Assembly: GCA_951406725.2 (NCBI GenBank) | Contig: OX597816.1 | Coordinates: 8,432,001-8,496,000 of the forward strand | DNA from: Octopus vulgaris | Taxonomy: Eukaryota | Direction: 5' to 3' | DNA: 64,000 nucleotides | Part shown: positions 36,606-50,702 of the stretch, in pieces | How positions within the stretch are numbered: position 1 is the first letter of the stretch | Layout of the letters: each line of letters begins with the position of its first letter | Translations under genes and position numbers: made by a program | The notes under the pieces: model-generated | Databases searched by the model: none | What the model saw: the letters and a program-made list of their open reading frames with translations, nothing else | Told to the model about the DNA's origin: nothing

Positions 36606-39600
36606 GTGTTTTATAATATATCCTTCTACAGTAATATGTATCTATTGGGTTAGAATTTGAATGGAAAATATGTTGAGAAAGTCAGAGTAGAAAGCTAGAA
36701 TAAAAGGGGTTGAAATTAAGAAAAAATTAATATTTCTATATTTGGGTTTATTTGTAATAGTTGTGGAATGCTCTTCCCCCTTTCCGCAAAAGTAAGAAAA
36801 GCTGTTCCCACAGCCACTACATAGCTGGTTCATCATCATCATCGTTTAACGTCCGCTTTCCATGCTAGCATGGGTTGGATGGTTTGACCAGGGTCTGGGA
36901 AGCCACGGTCTGCACCATGCTCCAGTCTGATCTGGCAGTGTTTCTACAGCTGGATACCCTTCCTAACGCCAACCACTCCGAGAGTGTAGTAGGTGCTTTT
37001 TATGTGCCACCGGCACAGGTGCCAGGGGAGTCTGGCATCGGCCACAATCGGTTGGTGCTTTTAACGTGCCACTGGCACAGAAGCCAGTCAAGGCGGCACT
37101 GGCATCGGCTTCATATCCAATAAATAATTATTACGGTTGAAATATTTAAAACTTTTATATTAACTGTAGTAAGAAAGAACTTAACCAACATATTTCTATG
37201 AGCCACATATGTGAACAGACAAGTAGCCAAGGTTTGGCCAACCCTGGCATAAATACCAGTAAGAAACAAACGGCCGCATCAGATATTTTAAGCATCTCGG
37301 TGATAGTAGAGGGCAACTGGAAGTTCTACACCTCTTTCTTTTCAGAATCACTAAGTGCAAGCATACCATTTCCATCCAAACTTGCTTCTCTTGCAACATA
37401 CCTGCTGAGCTTGAGGAGACCTATTGAGTCAAGTACATCAACATCAAAATAAATATCAAATGGAAATTCTAGTTGTGATACCTGTGCTGGTGGCACGTAA
37501 AAAGCACCAACCGATCGTGGTCGCTGCCAGTCTCCCCTGGCACCTGTGCTGGTGGTACATAAAAAGCACCCACTACACTCATGGAATGGTTGGCGTTAGG
37601 AAGGGCATCCAGCTGTAGAAACACTGCCAGATCAGACTGGAGCCTGGTGCAGCCTCCTGGCTTCTCAGACCCCGGTCGAACCGTCCAACTCGTGATAGCA
37701 TGGAAAACGGACGTTAAACGATGGTGATGATGATGATTTCTATGAGCCACATATGTGAACAGACAAGTAGCCAAGGTTTGGCCAACCCTGGCATAAATAC
37801 CAGTAAGAAACAAACTGCTGCATCAGATATTTTAAGCATCTCGGTGGTAGTAGAGGGCAACTGGAAGTTCTACACCTCTTTCTTTTCAGAATCACTAAGT
37901 GCAAGCATACCATTTCCATCCATCATACTTCTCTTCCACAACATCTTGACTCTCTTTGATCCACAGCCAAGCATCCTGGAACACCTTGCAGTGTATGACA
38001 GTGGGACACCGCTTCCTTTCTGCTTCCCTTTTAGCCACCTGATACAGTTCTTCACTAACCCTGTTTTTCCATTCTTTCCAAACCAGTGCCTTCTTATTTC
38101 TGACCCCGTCAACCTTGCCATTCCACCACCATGCTTTTCTCCAACCACAGATTTGATTTGTCAACTTCAGTGTAAGTTAATCCCTAAGAACTTACAGTTG
38201 CCCTCTTCATCATCATCATCATTGTTTAACATCCACTTTCCATGCTAGCATGGGTTGGACGAATGACTGAGGGCTGGCGAACCAGATGGCTGCATCAGGC
38301 TCCAATCTTGATCTGGCAGAGTTTCTACAGCATGATGCCCTTCCTAATGCCAACCACTCCAAGAGTGTAGTGGGTGCTTTTTACTTGCCACCTGCACTGG
38401 GCCAGTCAGGCGGCACTGGCAACGACCTCACTCAAATCTTTTACACATGCCAACGGCACAGGTGCCAGTAAGGCGACGTTGGTAACGATCACGCTCGAAT
38501 GGTGTCATATGTCTCTATTTCTTCCTCCTCACCAAATGCTTCATTTTGAACAATTCTACATCTCTCACCATTCGAAGGATCCTTCAGCTTCCATAACTTC
38601 CTTTTCTGTATGCGTTTGTGTCTCTGGGTCCTTCTAGCCCCCCACTGAGTCTGAAGCCAACATTCTTCACCTGATAAGTGATCCGGTGGCTAGCAGGCTT
38701 CAGACTTTCAAACCTAATCCTTTATTTGACCCACAGGGGTACAGTTTTAATTTTGCTCTCTGCATTTTGTGACACTTTTCCCTCAGTTGATTTTTTTGTA
38801 AATTACCTTATGGCCTTGCCTGGAATTGAACTCAGAACCTCTTAGTGCACTGCATTAACCAATATCTTTACTTACTATACTATGCCTGTGGGCAGTGATA
38901 GAGGGAATTCTTGAGACTTATAAACCTAATTCTATGTAATCTGTTGTAAAGTCAATACCACCATGACCGATATCCAAACTACAGTGGAGAAGGCTAACCA
39001 CTGGATTTGGTTAAAAAGAGACAATGAGCGATGGCTAGAAGAATATTGAGCTTTATTTGATAACCAGCTGATCTAGCAAGCGGGGCCTCATATCAGTGAG
39101 TGGGGCTGGTGCGCATTGTTGCCGTCAAGAAGCAGGCCCCAAAATGGCGCGCATTCTCTCCTGATGACCCCATACACTTGCTGGCTTCCGGTATGTGGAG
39201 TTTTTGACTGGTAGCACTTGCATGTGCAAGTTGTTTGCAAAACACATGTTGTAGGAACTCTGAAGAGAGGAGGTTGCATGAAATTGAGGTGTTTTTATTG
39301 GGTGTGGGGTAACAGGGAGAGCAAGGCACCAGAAGACCCACAATAGGTGGAGAATGAAAGGTACAAGAATATGATGGGAAAAGGCAAGCATATTTGCAGG
39401 TGGAATCAGTATCTTGTGTTGGGGCACATTTTGATATGGATGGAAGAAGGATGGATTTTTATGTCACTGGTTGGTGTAGCTCTGAATTTTCCGTCAGACA
39501 CATCATTAGAAAAATCTGGGTTGCTTCTTTCTGAGCCAAACCACACTATATATTCAGCACAGCTAACCCCACAGACAACAGATGATGAGTGGTACCTGAC

Positions 39601-40079
39601 TTGGGCACTGGAACAACACAAACGAAAGGAACAGTTCGGGGTCGATAAATTAAGTACCAGTTACGCACTGGGGCTGATGTAATAAGACTTAATCCATTTG
39701 TCTGTGCTTGTTTGTCCCCTCTGTATTTAGCCCCTTCTGGGCAATAAAGAAATAACAAACGTCATGAACGGATGGCAAAGGAGAGACACCAAAAGACATT
39801 TCTTCTTTGTAACAAGTGGTGAACCCAACGGGATCTTTGCCACTGACAACAGAAGGAGGACATGAGGCATGAGACCAGACACGGAAGAGAGCAGCTGAAG
39901 GAACAACTGACCAGAGCGCTGTGACAACACAAAACAACGGACGGATGACAACAGCAACACATATTGACCATCTAGCATTTTCACAGCTACTACTATCGCA
40001 CCAGTCCAAGAAGAATAATCTTCAAAGTGTCCCAATGTTTTGTCATTTTCAGTAAGGACATTATTTTTTTTATTTATGA

Positions 40080-40848
40080 CTAGCAGTATCGCCCGGCGTT
40101 GCTCAGGTTTGTAAGGGAAATAACTATATAGCATTTTTAGAGAGTTATAGCCAAAAAATAGCAAAAAAATGGAAAAAAATGATGGTAAATTTTTTTTTGA
40201 GATTTAAAAAAGGTGGAGTTGCGTCCCCTATACAGTTTGTGGTTCGTATTCCTGATTCTCGACCCCATGTCGAATTTATCGTTCTTTTTCAGAACTGGGG
40301 GAACTTTTCAAAATTTTCGCTGCGTTAGTTTTGAATTATGACATTGGGCTATGTGTGTGTCAAGTTTCATCAGAATCGGTTGAAAGCCGTGGTCAGAGTG
40401 AGGGTACGAGAAAACAGACACACAGAAACACGCACAGACAAACTGCCGTTTATATAGAGAGAGACTAGCAGTATCGCCCGGCGTTGCTCAGGTTTGTAAG
40501 GGAAATAACTATATAGCATTTTTAGAGAGTTATAGCCAAAAAATAGCAAAAAAATGGAAAAAAATGATGGTAAATTTTTTTTGAGATTTAAAAAAGGTGG
40601 AGTTGCGTCCCCTATACAGTTTGTGGTTCGTATTCCTGATTCTCGACCCCATGTCGAATTTATCGTTCTTTTTCAGAACTGGGGGAACTTTTCAAAATTT
40701 TCGCTGCGTTAGTTTTGAATTATGACATTGGGCTATGTGTGTGTCAAGTTTCATCAGAATCGGTTGAAAGCCGTGGTCAGGGTGAGGGTACGAGAAAACA
40801 GACACACAGAAACACGCACAGACAAACTGCCGTTTATATAGAGAGAGA
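40080..40848 (-). mobile_element. Non-autonomous Helitron, head-to-tail dimer (about 385-bp units)
   Basis: On the minus strand A|TC...hairpin...CTAG|T; internal CTAG|TC junction at 40464/40465; no TSD. Confidence 0.8.
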
Positions 40849-40917
40849 TAAGAATAAATATATTCAGAAATATTAAATTTCTAAATATCTCATAGAGATA
40901 TGTACGGTGGTGGGCGA

Positions 40918-41708
40918 TACAATGGTTGTATACTGTCAATTTAACATAACAGTAAGGGATTACACATTTCCTGTGTCCTTATATATTTACAAAGGGGAGA
41001 CAAATACCCCCAACAGCTAGGCCTGCATCTAGAGACACGCATGTTTCAGGGTCTTATCGGTCTAGAGTAGCAGAGGCCTGCTAGCTGAAGATATCTGTCT
41101 CGATTTCGTAAATCTCTCTCTATATAAACGGCAGTTTGTCTGTGCGTGTTTCTGTGTGTCTGTTTGCTTGTACCCTCACCCTGACCACGGCTTTCAACCG
41201 ATTCTGATGAAACTTGACACACACATAGCCCAATGTCATAATTCAAAACTAACGCAGTGAAAACTTTGAAAAGTTCCCCCAGTTCTGAAAAAAATCGATA
41301 AATTCGACATGGGGTCGAGAATCAAAAAAACAAACCACAGACTGTCTAGGGGACGCAACTCAACCTTTTTTTACTCTCAAAAAAAAATTTAACATCATTT
41401 ATTTTCCATTTTTTTGCTATTTTTTGGCTATAACTCTCTAAAAATGCTTTATAGTTATTTCCCTTACAAACCTGAGCAACGCCGGGCGATACTGCTAGTA
41501 TATATATATATATATTTTCAGTGAAGTTTATTCACTGATCACCAAAATCAGAAATATTAAATTTCTAAATATCTCATAGAGATATGTACGGTGGTGGACA
41601 TATTAAATGTGTCGAAGCCGGCAGGAAGCGTTCGATGCTTCCTAGGGCTAAACAGCGGTGGTGTAGTCCCCTACTGTCATGTTAAATTGACAGTATACAA
41701 CTATTATA
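40918..41708 (-). mobile_element. Fold-back/Penelope-like element with a degenerate hammerhead, split by a Helitron
   Basis: Homologous to the reverse complement of 60570-60750; ~48-bp inverted ends (40918-40965 / 41661-41708). Confidence 0.65.
41113..41498 (+). mobile_element. Non-autonomous Helitron (same family, opposite orientation)
   Basis: A|TC start, cctgagcaacgccggg hairpin, CTAG|T end. Confidence 0.8.
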
Positions 41709-43168
41709 ATAAATATATTTTTTTATAAAAAAATCTCAAACGGATTTCAGTGTTCTTTATTGTAAGAGAAGTAAAACCATGAGTTTCTGTGTTAGAACTC
41801 TGTGATATCTTGAGGCAGCATCTTTTTGCCTTGGGTCCACTCAAACCTTGTCAATGAAATTGAGTGAAAAGGAAACTGCTTGATGCCCTGTTCAAAGGTC
41901 CGGCCTTGCTCATACTGTCAAGCTGGTTCTCACTGAAGAATTGTACTATGGGTAGACATGCCTGTGGAGTACTCAGCCACCTTTGTGCTTATTCAAGGAG
42001 TAGATTGGACAATTGGATCAGTAATTTGCAGACCTTGCCATGTAAAAAGCACCCAGTCCACTCTTGTTGTATGGTTGGTGTCAGGAAGGGTATCCAGCTG
42101 TAAACACCATTCCTAAACAGACAATGGCGCTTGGTGCAGTTGTTTGGCTTGCAAGCTCCTGTCAAGCCATCTAACCCATGCCAGCATGGAAGATGGATGT
42201 TAAATGATGATGATGGAAATACATGTGTGTATGCATACACTCATTTATATTCATATGGAAGCGACCCTCCTGAAAACGACAATCCAAATGAAGCATTCTT
42301 TAAAAACATTTATTATCTGTTGGTTTGATTCCCTTTTAAAGATTTGTACAAAACAAAAACAAGAGATATGTTTGGCGACCCCCGGCAGGACAAGTGAGAC
42401 CATAACCCGTGGCCTCTACCTGGGATGTAGCCAGCCCACTTATGCATACCTTTCCTTCTTGGGACACAAAACTCTGCTTGCAAAGACCTGTTGAGGCAAG
42501 TGAAATCGAAATCGAAATCGCTCAAAAATCAATGGAAGTTGTAGTTGTGATACCAGTGCCGGTGGCACGTAAAAGGACTATCCAAACATGGCCATTGCCA
42601 GCGCCGCCCCGACTGGCCTCCGTGCCGGTGGCATGTAAAAAGCACCCACTACGCTCATGGAGTGGTTGGCGTTAGGAAGGGCATCCAGCTGTAGAAACAC
42701 TGCCAGCTCAGACTGGGCCTGGTGCAGCCTCCTGGCTTCCCAGACCCCGGTCGAACCGTCCAACCCATGCTAGCATGAAAAGCAGACGTTAAACGATGAT
42801 GATAATGATGAGGGGACCAAAATCTTTAAAGGGTCATAATTCAGCCCTGATGCTAGGGTGTTAAATGTAAACTCAACCAACTCCTGGAAAGAAAAGAAGT
42901 GTTCTGTAAAGGATTTTGCTTTGTCAGAAGAAATCAGGTTGTTCTTGGTGAAAAAAGAACATGATGTCCCTGAACTTAGTGTTCCCATTTTCTCTGATCT
43001 GACGGACCTCTAGAAAAGACTGATGCACAATGGCTCAGAATATGAAGTTCTAATTTTAGATCTGCATGCAGTAATATTTTTTAAAAAAATGGAATTCTTG
43101 CATTTTGCTTCTCCACTGCCCTTGCTAGAGTTTGTGAAGCTTCAGTGTAACACCCTACCATAACGAAA

Positions 43169-43885
43169 ATATTGGGTCATCCCATAAATAATACAGGTTT
43201 TTCAATTGCATGAACTAAAAGTTGGAGGGGGACATGATAAACTACTTGCATCAACTTGATATAAAATTACAATTTTACCTTGTACTTATTCTTAGTGCAA
43301 GTTTTGAAGAGTGCAGTTCAATTTTAACACTATTTTTTTCAAATTTCTAATTGAAGTGTCAAAGGAGCATTTTCAGCATATTTTGCTTTATGAGTTCAAT
43401 AAAGGCAACAACGCAACGTAAAGTGTGCAAGGAATATTAATGCAGAATATGGGGATCAGACAATAAGAGTAAGCCAGTGTCAACAGTGGTTCCAGAAATT
43501 CCAAGCCTGAACCTACAGCCTAGAAGATGAGCCTTGACCTGGAAGATTTGTAGAGCTCGACAAGGATGTCCTGCAAACCCTGGTGGAACAAAATCTCATT
43601 GTAACTGTTGAGGAACTTGCAGAAAAGCTTCAATTTGGTCATTCAACCATTTATTGACACCAGAGCTAGAAGGAAAACGACCATCTTTGGTTTTAAGATG
43701 AAGTGTGTTCTTCCATCAGGATAATGCTCAGCCACACACAGCAAAAATGACATTCCAAAGGCTGGAGTAGTTTGAATGGGAAACAATGCCCCACGCACCA
43801 TATTCGCCAGATATTGCCCTTTCTGATTATCATTTATTCCACAGTCTTCAAAATCATTTGGATGGCAAAAAAATATGAATTCTGT
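43169..43885 (+). mobile_element. mariner transposon relic, internally deleted
   Basis: TA + ttgggtcatcccataa TIR; EVSKEHFQHILLYEFNKG, HQDNAQPHT, PYSPDIA.SDYHLF motifs. Confidence 0.8.
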
Positions 43886-44699
43886 TGACAACAGTGTTAG
43901 AAGTGGGGTAAGTGTAAAGATTAACACTTGCTTTTTCTGAGCTGAGATTCGAAACTGAATCTAAGGAATCTTGCTCGTCTGATCCACCACTGGCCAAACA
44001 GGCGTGAAAGAAATTTCTTTGTCCTGTCAAAAAGTAATGGATGGATTTCCCTTCGACCTACAACTTGAGCCATGTCATTCAAGGTTCAAGTGGACAGGAG
44101 GCAACCTACATAGGTAGAAATTATTCCTGTAGTATGTCTGTCCTTCTAGCTGTCATGACCATTATAAATACAGCAATCCGTCAAGAGATGGTGGAGACAG
44201 CCATCACCAGGCAAACTAGTAAGTAACTTGCAGCGGTCAAGCAGCCAACGGAGAACTACATATTCAACATTAATGACCCAACACAGTAGCAGTCACAGAA
44301 CATAAACAGACACAACTGAATGACCAACGCACACACAGACACAAAACATGCCTAGTTCTACCTCATCACATCGATACAGTATTTCTCCTGTTTATTTGCT
44401 CCCTCAGCAACTCAAAACAAGTTGGTAATGTCATGTAGTGAACAAATAAATGTAAGAGTTGATTAAATAAATTATTTAAAAATCAATCTGAGGCTTTCCT
44501 TTTGTTTTACTTTGATGTCCAAAAGCCTATCTGCTACCTCAACATCTTTTGCTACACCATTTCCCACTACATTTTCTTTCGTGCCTGTTTGGCCAGTGGT
44601 GGATCAGACAAGCAAGAATCCTTCGATTTGGTTTTCGAATCTCATCTTGGAAAAATGCAGTGTTAGTTTCTACAGCCTCTTATGCCCAGCATTTCTCTC

Positions 44700-45312
44700 A
44701 AAACGCTTACACTCAGTCATACATGCACACTGACATTACACATCCAGTGATGCATACTGGCTTCATTTCTTTCAAGCCTACACATGTCCTTGGCAGTCAC
44801 AGCCCATGTTTCACTACTGTGTAGTATGGCTGTTCGCACACAGGCATTATATAATCTGCCTTTTGTTCTGAGAGAGAAGCACTTTGTTACCAACAGAGGT
44901 AGGAGCTCTCTGAATTTTGCCCAACCTATTCTTATTCTCACAGGTACACTCTTGGAACATCCTCCCCTGCTACTGATATGGTCACATAGGTAAAGGAAGT
45001 TATCGACTACTTCTAGTCCCCCTCCATCCGGCATTTCATTGTCCATTTTCTGAACATTTATAGCGTTGATTGTACCTGTACACCTACCACACACAAAAAC
45101 TAATTTCCCTGTTAACCTTCCTTTGATATTGCTGCACCTCTTATGTATCTATAGCTTACACCAGGTACATCTTATGGAATTTCTACCTATGCCTTTTCTA
45201 CAGATTGAGCAGGTCCATCTACCTGAAGGGATTTGTGATTTGTCTACTTTCCTACTTACTAAGGCTTTGGTTTTTGTTAGGTTAACTCTGAGGCCCTTCT
45301 GTTCTAGAGCTC
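44700..45312 (-). mobile_element. RTE LINE RT C-terminal fragment
   Basis: LEVVDNFLYLCD...RIRIGWAKFRELLPLL...LHSSETW. Confidence 0.8.
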
Positions 45313-46007
45313 TATCATTTTAAAACTGGGACGGCACATATGAGTTGTGTAGACTGAAAGATAATGTCTTAAAAAGCAAAAAAGAATGGCAGGGAAGAAT
45401 GACAGTTGAATTGCTTTGATTAAAAGTCAACCAGATCAGAGCTGACCTGGCAGTAAACAACAATGAAAACAGCCATGAACCTTAAATCACAGTTTATAAT
45501 CTCAAACAAAGAAGAGATGCATCGGATAATGCAATGGCAGGCACACAAAACACATTTTCTGGGTTTGAAGGCTTTCAATTGGAAACTTGGGAATATTGAC
45601 CTTAAAAGTAACCAATGAAGAAGGGAGATAACTCCTTTGTTCTTAAATCAGCATTTACGGCACAATCTTTCATCACTGTCGTTATTTAGATATTTTGTGA
45701 ATAATTAAGGAATATTTGTTGCACTTTGGATTCTTTTGAATAAAAGGCTTTATAAACGAAAGGAATTTGCAAGATTTTGGTTTTAGGAAATATATAACGC
45801 ATATTTTTATTAAATAAGAATATTCCTTCATGCAGTCGATATTTGCACACATATAATTTCGAATTATATAACAAAATGAAAGTCATCGTTTTATAGTTAT
45901 AATTTTTAGAATTAAAGTGAGAAACATTGAACGATTTCCAAACGTTTTGTATAATAAACTGAAACAATTGACATTATTACGACATTACAATCCCGGTTTA
46001 CGCTAAA

Positions 46008-46105
46008 ACTTCCGGTTAATGACCGCGTTGTCCCAGGATTTTCTTTTCTGGGATTTTTTCTCTTTTTATTTGATTCACGAAAATCAACTCCAAATTAATT
46101 CCTCG
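46008..46105 (+). promoter_or_regulatory. Putative SF3B2 core promoter (ETS motif) and non-coding first exon
   Basis: ACTTCCGG at 46008 in a TE-free, locally CpG-containing stretch, followed by the strong donor cctcg|gtgagt at 46105; TSS not determinable from sequence. Confidence 0.5.
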
Positions 46106-47776
46106 GTGAGTTCTTCTCCATTTCTCCAACTTCCTCTCCTACGTATTGTTCGTCTAATACCATTTTACCTCCTCCGTCAGTTTATCCCACTCACCTCCAA
46201 TTAACTTTCAATTAATTTCTTTCCTTAATTAATTTCTTTCACTTTTCTCCTTTAATTACATTTTCACTCTGCAACTTTATTTATTTCTCTTCTGAATCAC
46301 ATTTAAATCGTTCCTTTATATCGTTTTATCTCTGTTTAATGTTTCAAAATAATACAAACAAATCCAAACCTGTTTTTAATCTTAATAATTACTAATTACA
46401 ATCAATGCAATCATTACCATAATTACTAATTTATTGTTTTAAATATTCAAACGTTGCACAAAACACTTCTAAATTTCACAGTCCTTCCTTAATTTTCCTT
46501 CTTTTTGCCTCTCTTTTCCCTTTTAAACATTCATTATTATTATTTTTCACTCCCACATTTTCCCTTTGGCCACAAATCTTTGTAAATACACCAAAAACCC
46601 ATCACACTTCCACTTATATCTCTATTTGTTATTGTCAACTCGGGTTTATTATCCTTATTTTAATTATATTGATCTGCTGTTGTTATATCATGTTCTTAAT
46701 TAGTTTTATCAGTGAATTTGGTGGATTTCGAAGAAATGGGAGAAAGTATAAAAACATGGTTTTGATTACTGACACAAAATGGAAACCGGAATTTTGTTTA
46801 CTTTTGGGAGGCAAAATAATGTCATCTTAAAAACGTGTCTTGCGAGGAGAGAAGTGTTTATTTAGATAACTTAGAAGTTTCTAATTATAAGCAACATTAC
46901 ATAAACAACAAACTTTCTAATTTCAAGATCTAATTATGCTTAAAAACCAGCAGAAATAATGGTGTTATATAGTTCCACCTCTGACAATATTTTCTCCTGT
47001 CTTCTCATTCTCTTTCACAATCTTCGTATTCTGGAGAATATTGTTTTGCGGTATTTGCCTTGCTTTCCACATTCCATCTTTCTATCTTTTACTTGCTTTC
47101 GCCATTAGACTGCGGCCATGCTGGGGTACTACCTCGAAGAATTTTTAGTCGAACGAATCAATCCCAGTACTTAAGGCTGGTACTTACTTTGTTAGTGTAT
47201 TTTGGCGAACAACTAAGTTACAGGGACGTAAATGCACCAACGCCAGTTGTCAAGTGGTAATAGGAGACACACTTGTGTGTGATGGGCTTGGTTCTGTTTT
47301 CGTTTACCAAAATCACTCACAAGACTTTGGTCAACCCAACGCTATAGTAGAAGATACTTGGCATGGTTTCTATAGATGAATGCCCCTCCTAATGCCAACC
47401 ACTTTACAGAGTGTACTGGTTGTTATTTACTTGGTATTGTCACCAGTGCTTTTAACATAACACCATCACCAGTGCTTTTCTATGTGGTACCAGCACTCAT
47501 GGAGAACTGAAGGTGCCACGCAGTGGGATTGAACCTGGAGCCATGAGGTTGCCCATTTCGATATAAGTGTTTATTTTATTGAACCTGAAAAGATTAACTG
47601 CTAAGTAGATTCTGATTAGATTAGATTAGAATTCAGAACACAAAGGAATTAGAGGAAAAGGTATGGTACATGAAACTAAAATCTTTCTAAAACTAAAACG
47701 TTATTGATTAAATTTTTTTTTTGACCTTTCAGAATTGTCTATTTTGGTCAACTAGGATCAAATTTGAAATACAAAT

Positions 47777-47793
47777 ATGAAATCCCGTTCAAG
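47777..47793 (+). CDS. SF3B2: SF3B2 first coding exon (exon 47733-47793; MKSRSR)
   Basis: tttcag| and aag|gtaagt sites; in-frame TGA upstream of the ATG; phase 2 matches the next exon. Confidence 0.6.
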
Positions 47794-49204
47794 GTAAGTA
47801 CAACTTGAAAAGCTTTATTTCCTCCTGTGTGTTTTTGGTTCGGTACATGAGTTAGGGTTCCTTAATTGATTTACCTCTTTCTGTAGAAAGAATTGGCTGG
47901 ACTGCTTGACAGGAACTGGTAAGACCAAGGTCGAACAATGATGATGATGAAGACCAAGAGCTGCACCAGGTTCCATAGTTTGTTTTGGTGAGATGGCAGA
48001 AACGTTAGCATGCCAGGCGAAATGCTTAGTGCTATTTCGTCTGTCTTTACGTTCTGAGTTCAAACTCCGCCGAGGTCGACTTTGCCTGTCATCCTTTCAG
48101 AGTCGATGAATTAAGTACCAGTTACACACTGGGGTCATTGTAATTGACTTAATGTCCTTGTTTGTCTTCTCTATGTTTAGCCCCTTGTGGGTAATAAAGA
48201 AATAAGAAATAGTTTGTTTTGGCTTGGTTTCTACATCTAGATGTCCTTCCTAATACCAACCACTTCACAGAGAGTAATAGGTGATTTTTACATGGCACTA
48301 GCACCGGTGCTTTTTAGGTGACACCCTCACCTGTACTTTTTATGTGGAACCAGCCACCATTGCTTTTTAATAATTTATGTATTTTATTTTTTGTATTTGT
48401 ATTATCATAAAAAATGATTCATTGTAAAAGACTTCTATTTTGTGCAGTTCTCATGCAACAACTCATTAACATCCCCACATCTCTGTTCTGGAACAAAATC
48501 ATTACGGGATTGAGGTTTTTTAACTTTAAAATCTTCAACAAGATGTTAAGAGTTAATAAATCTCAGGGAATCATTTTAATTTCAGTTTGAGGAGGTGAGC
48601 ATTTTCCATAGCCACTGTGGGCTCTCCCAAACAGGAAAGCTCCATTGGGTGTCTCCAGAGAAGATGTTATGGAGTAGTTTATTTCCAAGCATAGAAGATT
48701 AGGCGAAGCGTTTAGTGTGAGATTTCCAAGCGAGACACTGTGTGAGAGTTAACTGTACTTGTATTGTAGTGATACACAGCTTGCTGGTGTTATATAAACA
48801 GCCGAAGCAACAGAGTTCACTCTGCATTGAATGGAAGTCTGATCACTGCTGTATGTCAGAGGAGGAAGGTTTGCTAATTACTTAGATTCTCAGCAATCAT
48901 CATCATTTAACGTCCATTTTCCATGCTGACATCGGTTGGAAGGTTTGACAGGGGCCAATAAGCCAGGGGCAACGTCTGATACCTGTCTGGTTTGGCATGT
49001 TTTTTGTAGCTGGATGTCCTTCCTAACACCACCACTTTACAGTGTGGACTGAGTGCTTTTACGTAGCACTGCACGGTAGCATAGTTTCAGCGGCTGGATT
49101 TTTATATTTTTATGATTCTATAGACCTTGGTGCAAGTTGACTGGGAACCAGAGGCCCACCAAAATTGTTACCAATTGGGCCCTGTACCTCCTAAGGCCGA
49201 CCCT

Positions 49205-49243
<39 letters not shown>

Positions 49244-50410
49244 CATTGTACAGGACAAGGTGACCAACACTGATGTCCTAACTCATGCTGGCCTCTCTTC
49301 CATGTACACCTTGCTGAGACAACGTCGACTACACTGGCTAGGCCATGTTTGCTGTATGGAGGACAGCCGAATCTCAAAAGACATTCTCTATGGAGAACTC
49401 GCAGCAGGACAGAAGAACAAGGGCTGCCTGCAGCTGAGGCGCAAGGACGTGTGCAGCAGTGACATGAAGGTGCTCAACATCGACATCAACTCCTGGGAGG
49501 ACCTGGCAGTGGGCTGCACCAGGTGGAAAAGCACACTTTTCAAACAGCTACGGATCGGTGAAGAGAAGCTACTAGCTGCAGAAAAGCGAGCCCAAAGTAA
49601 CGGATGCACAGATGCGACCGAGACTGTCATTCTTGTATTGGTCTCCATAGCCACAGGAGGCACTGCTCAAGCCAAGCGGCCCAACCTAGACAATAAATGG
49701 ACGGACGTGATACCTATGGTCAACCATGACCGAAGGTGGCCTGAGATACATAATATATAGCAATCTACAGGATCACTATATTAGCTATCCATGCATATTG
49801 ATGCATTAATATATTATTAAACAACTGCAGATTAACCAAAGATAAATATTTTCTGCTGAAACTTAACATCATATTGATAAGGATTTATTTTACGGACAAG
49901 GTGTAGGAGTGGCTGTGTGGTAAGTAGCTTGCTAACCAACCACATGGTTCCGGGTTCAGTCCCACTGTGTGGCATCTTGGGCAAGTGTCTTCTGCTATAG
50001 TCCCGGGCCGACCAAAGCCTTGTGAGTGGATTTGGTAGACAGAAACTGAAAGAAGCCTGTCGTATATATGTATATATATGGCGGTGCCCCAGCATTGCCA
50101 CAGCTTGAGCTGAAACTAGATGAAATAAAAAAAAAAAAATATATATGTATATATGTATGTGTGTGTGTTTGTGTGTCTGTGTTTGTCCCCCTAGCATTGC
50201 TTGACAACCGATGCTGGTGTGTTTACGTCCCCATCACTTAGCGGTTCGGCAAAAGAGACCGATAGAATAAGTACTGGGCCTACAAAGAATAAGTCCCGGG
50301 GTCAATTTGCTCGACTAAAGGCGGTGCTCCAGCATGGCCGCAGTCAAATGACTGAAACGAGTAAAAGAGTAAGTGTGATATAATTTGTTTAAATAATTTT
50401 CTTTCGACAG

Positions 50411-50480
50411 GAACAAGAAGAAGCAACAGATGTCATCTTCAAGATCAGACGTGGACCTGGATCCAGCATCGGATGATGAT
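50411..50480 (+). CDS. SF3B2: SF3B2 coding exon (NKKKQQMSSSRSDVDLDPASDDD)
   Basis: gacag|...|gtatgt; in frame with both flanking exons; alternative ATG at 50430. Confidence 0.7.
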
Positions 50481-50702
50481 GTATGTTAATTTATATATTT
50501 TTATTCTTGTGAGCATATTGCATATTCGTTCTCTGATAATAGTATTTTTTAGATTTACTTGAAGAATGGTGAATAGAGGTACAACAGAGGTGCATGTATA
50601 GTTCATAGAATTATGTACAAAAGTCAGGAAAGTGGCCAGTGTATGAAGAGTCATGATATGCATGTGTGCATGCGTATGGAGGTGGGGGGATATCAGGTGT
50701 AG

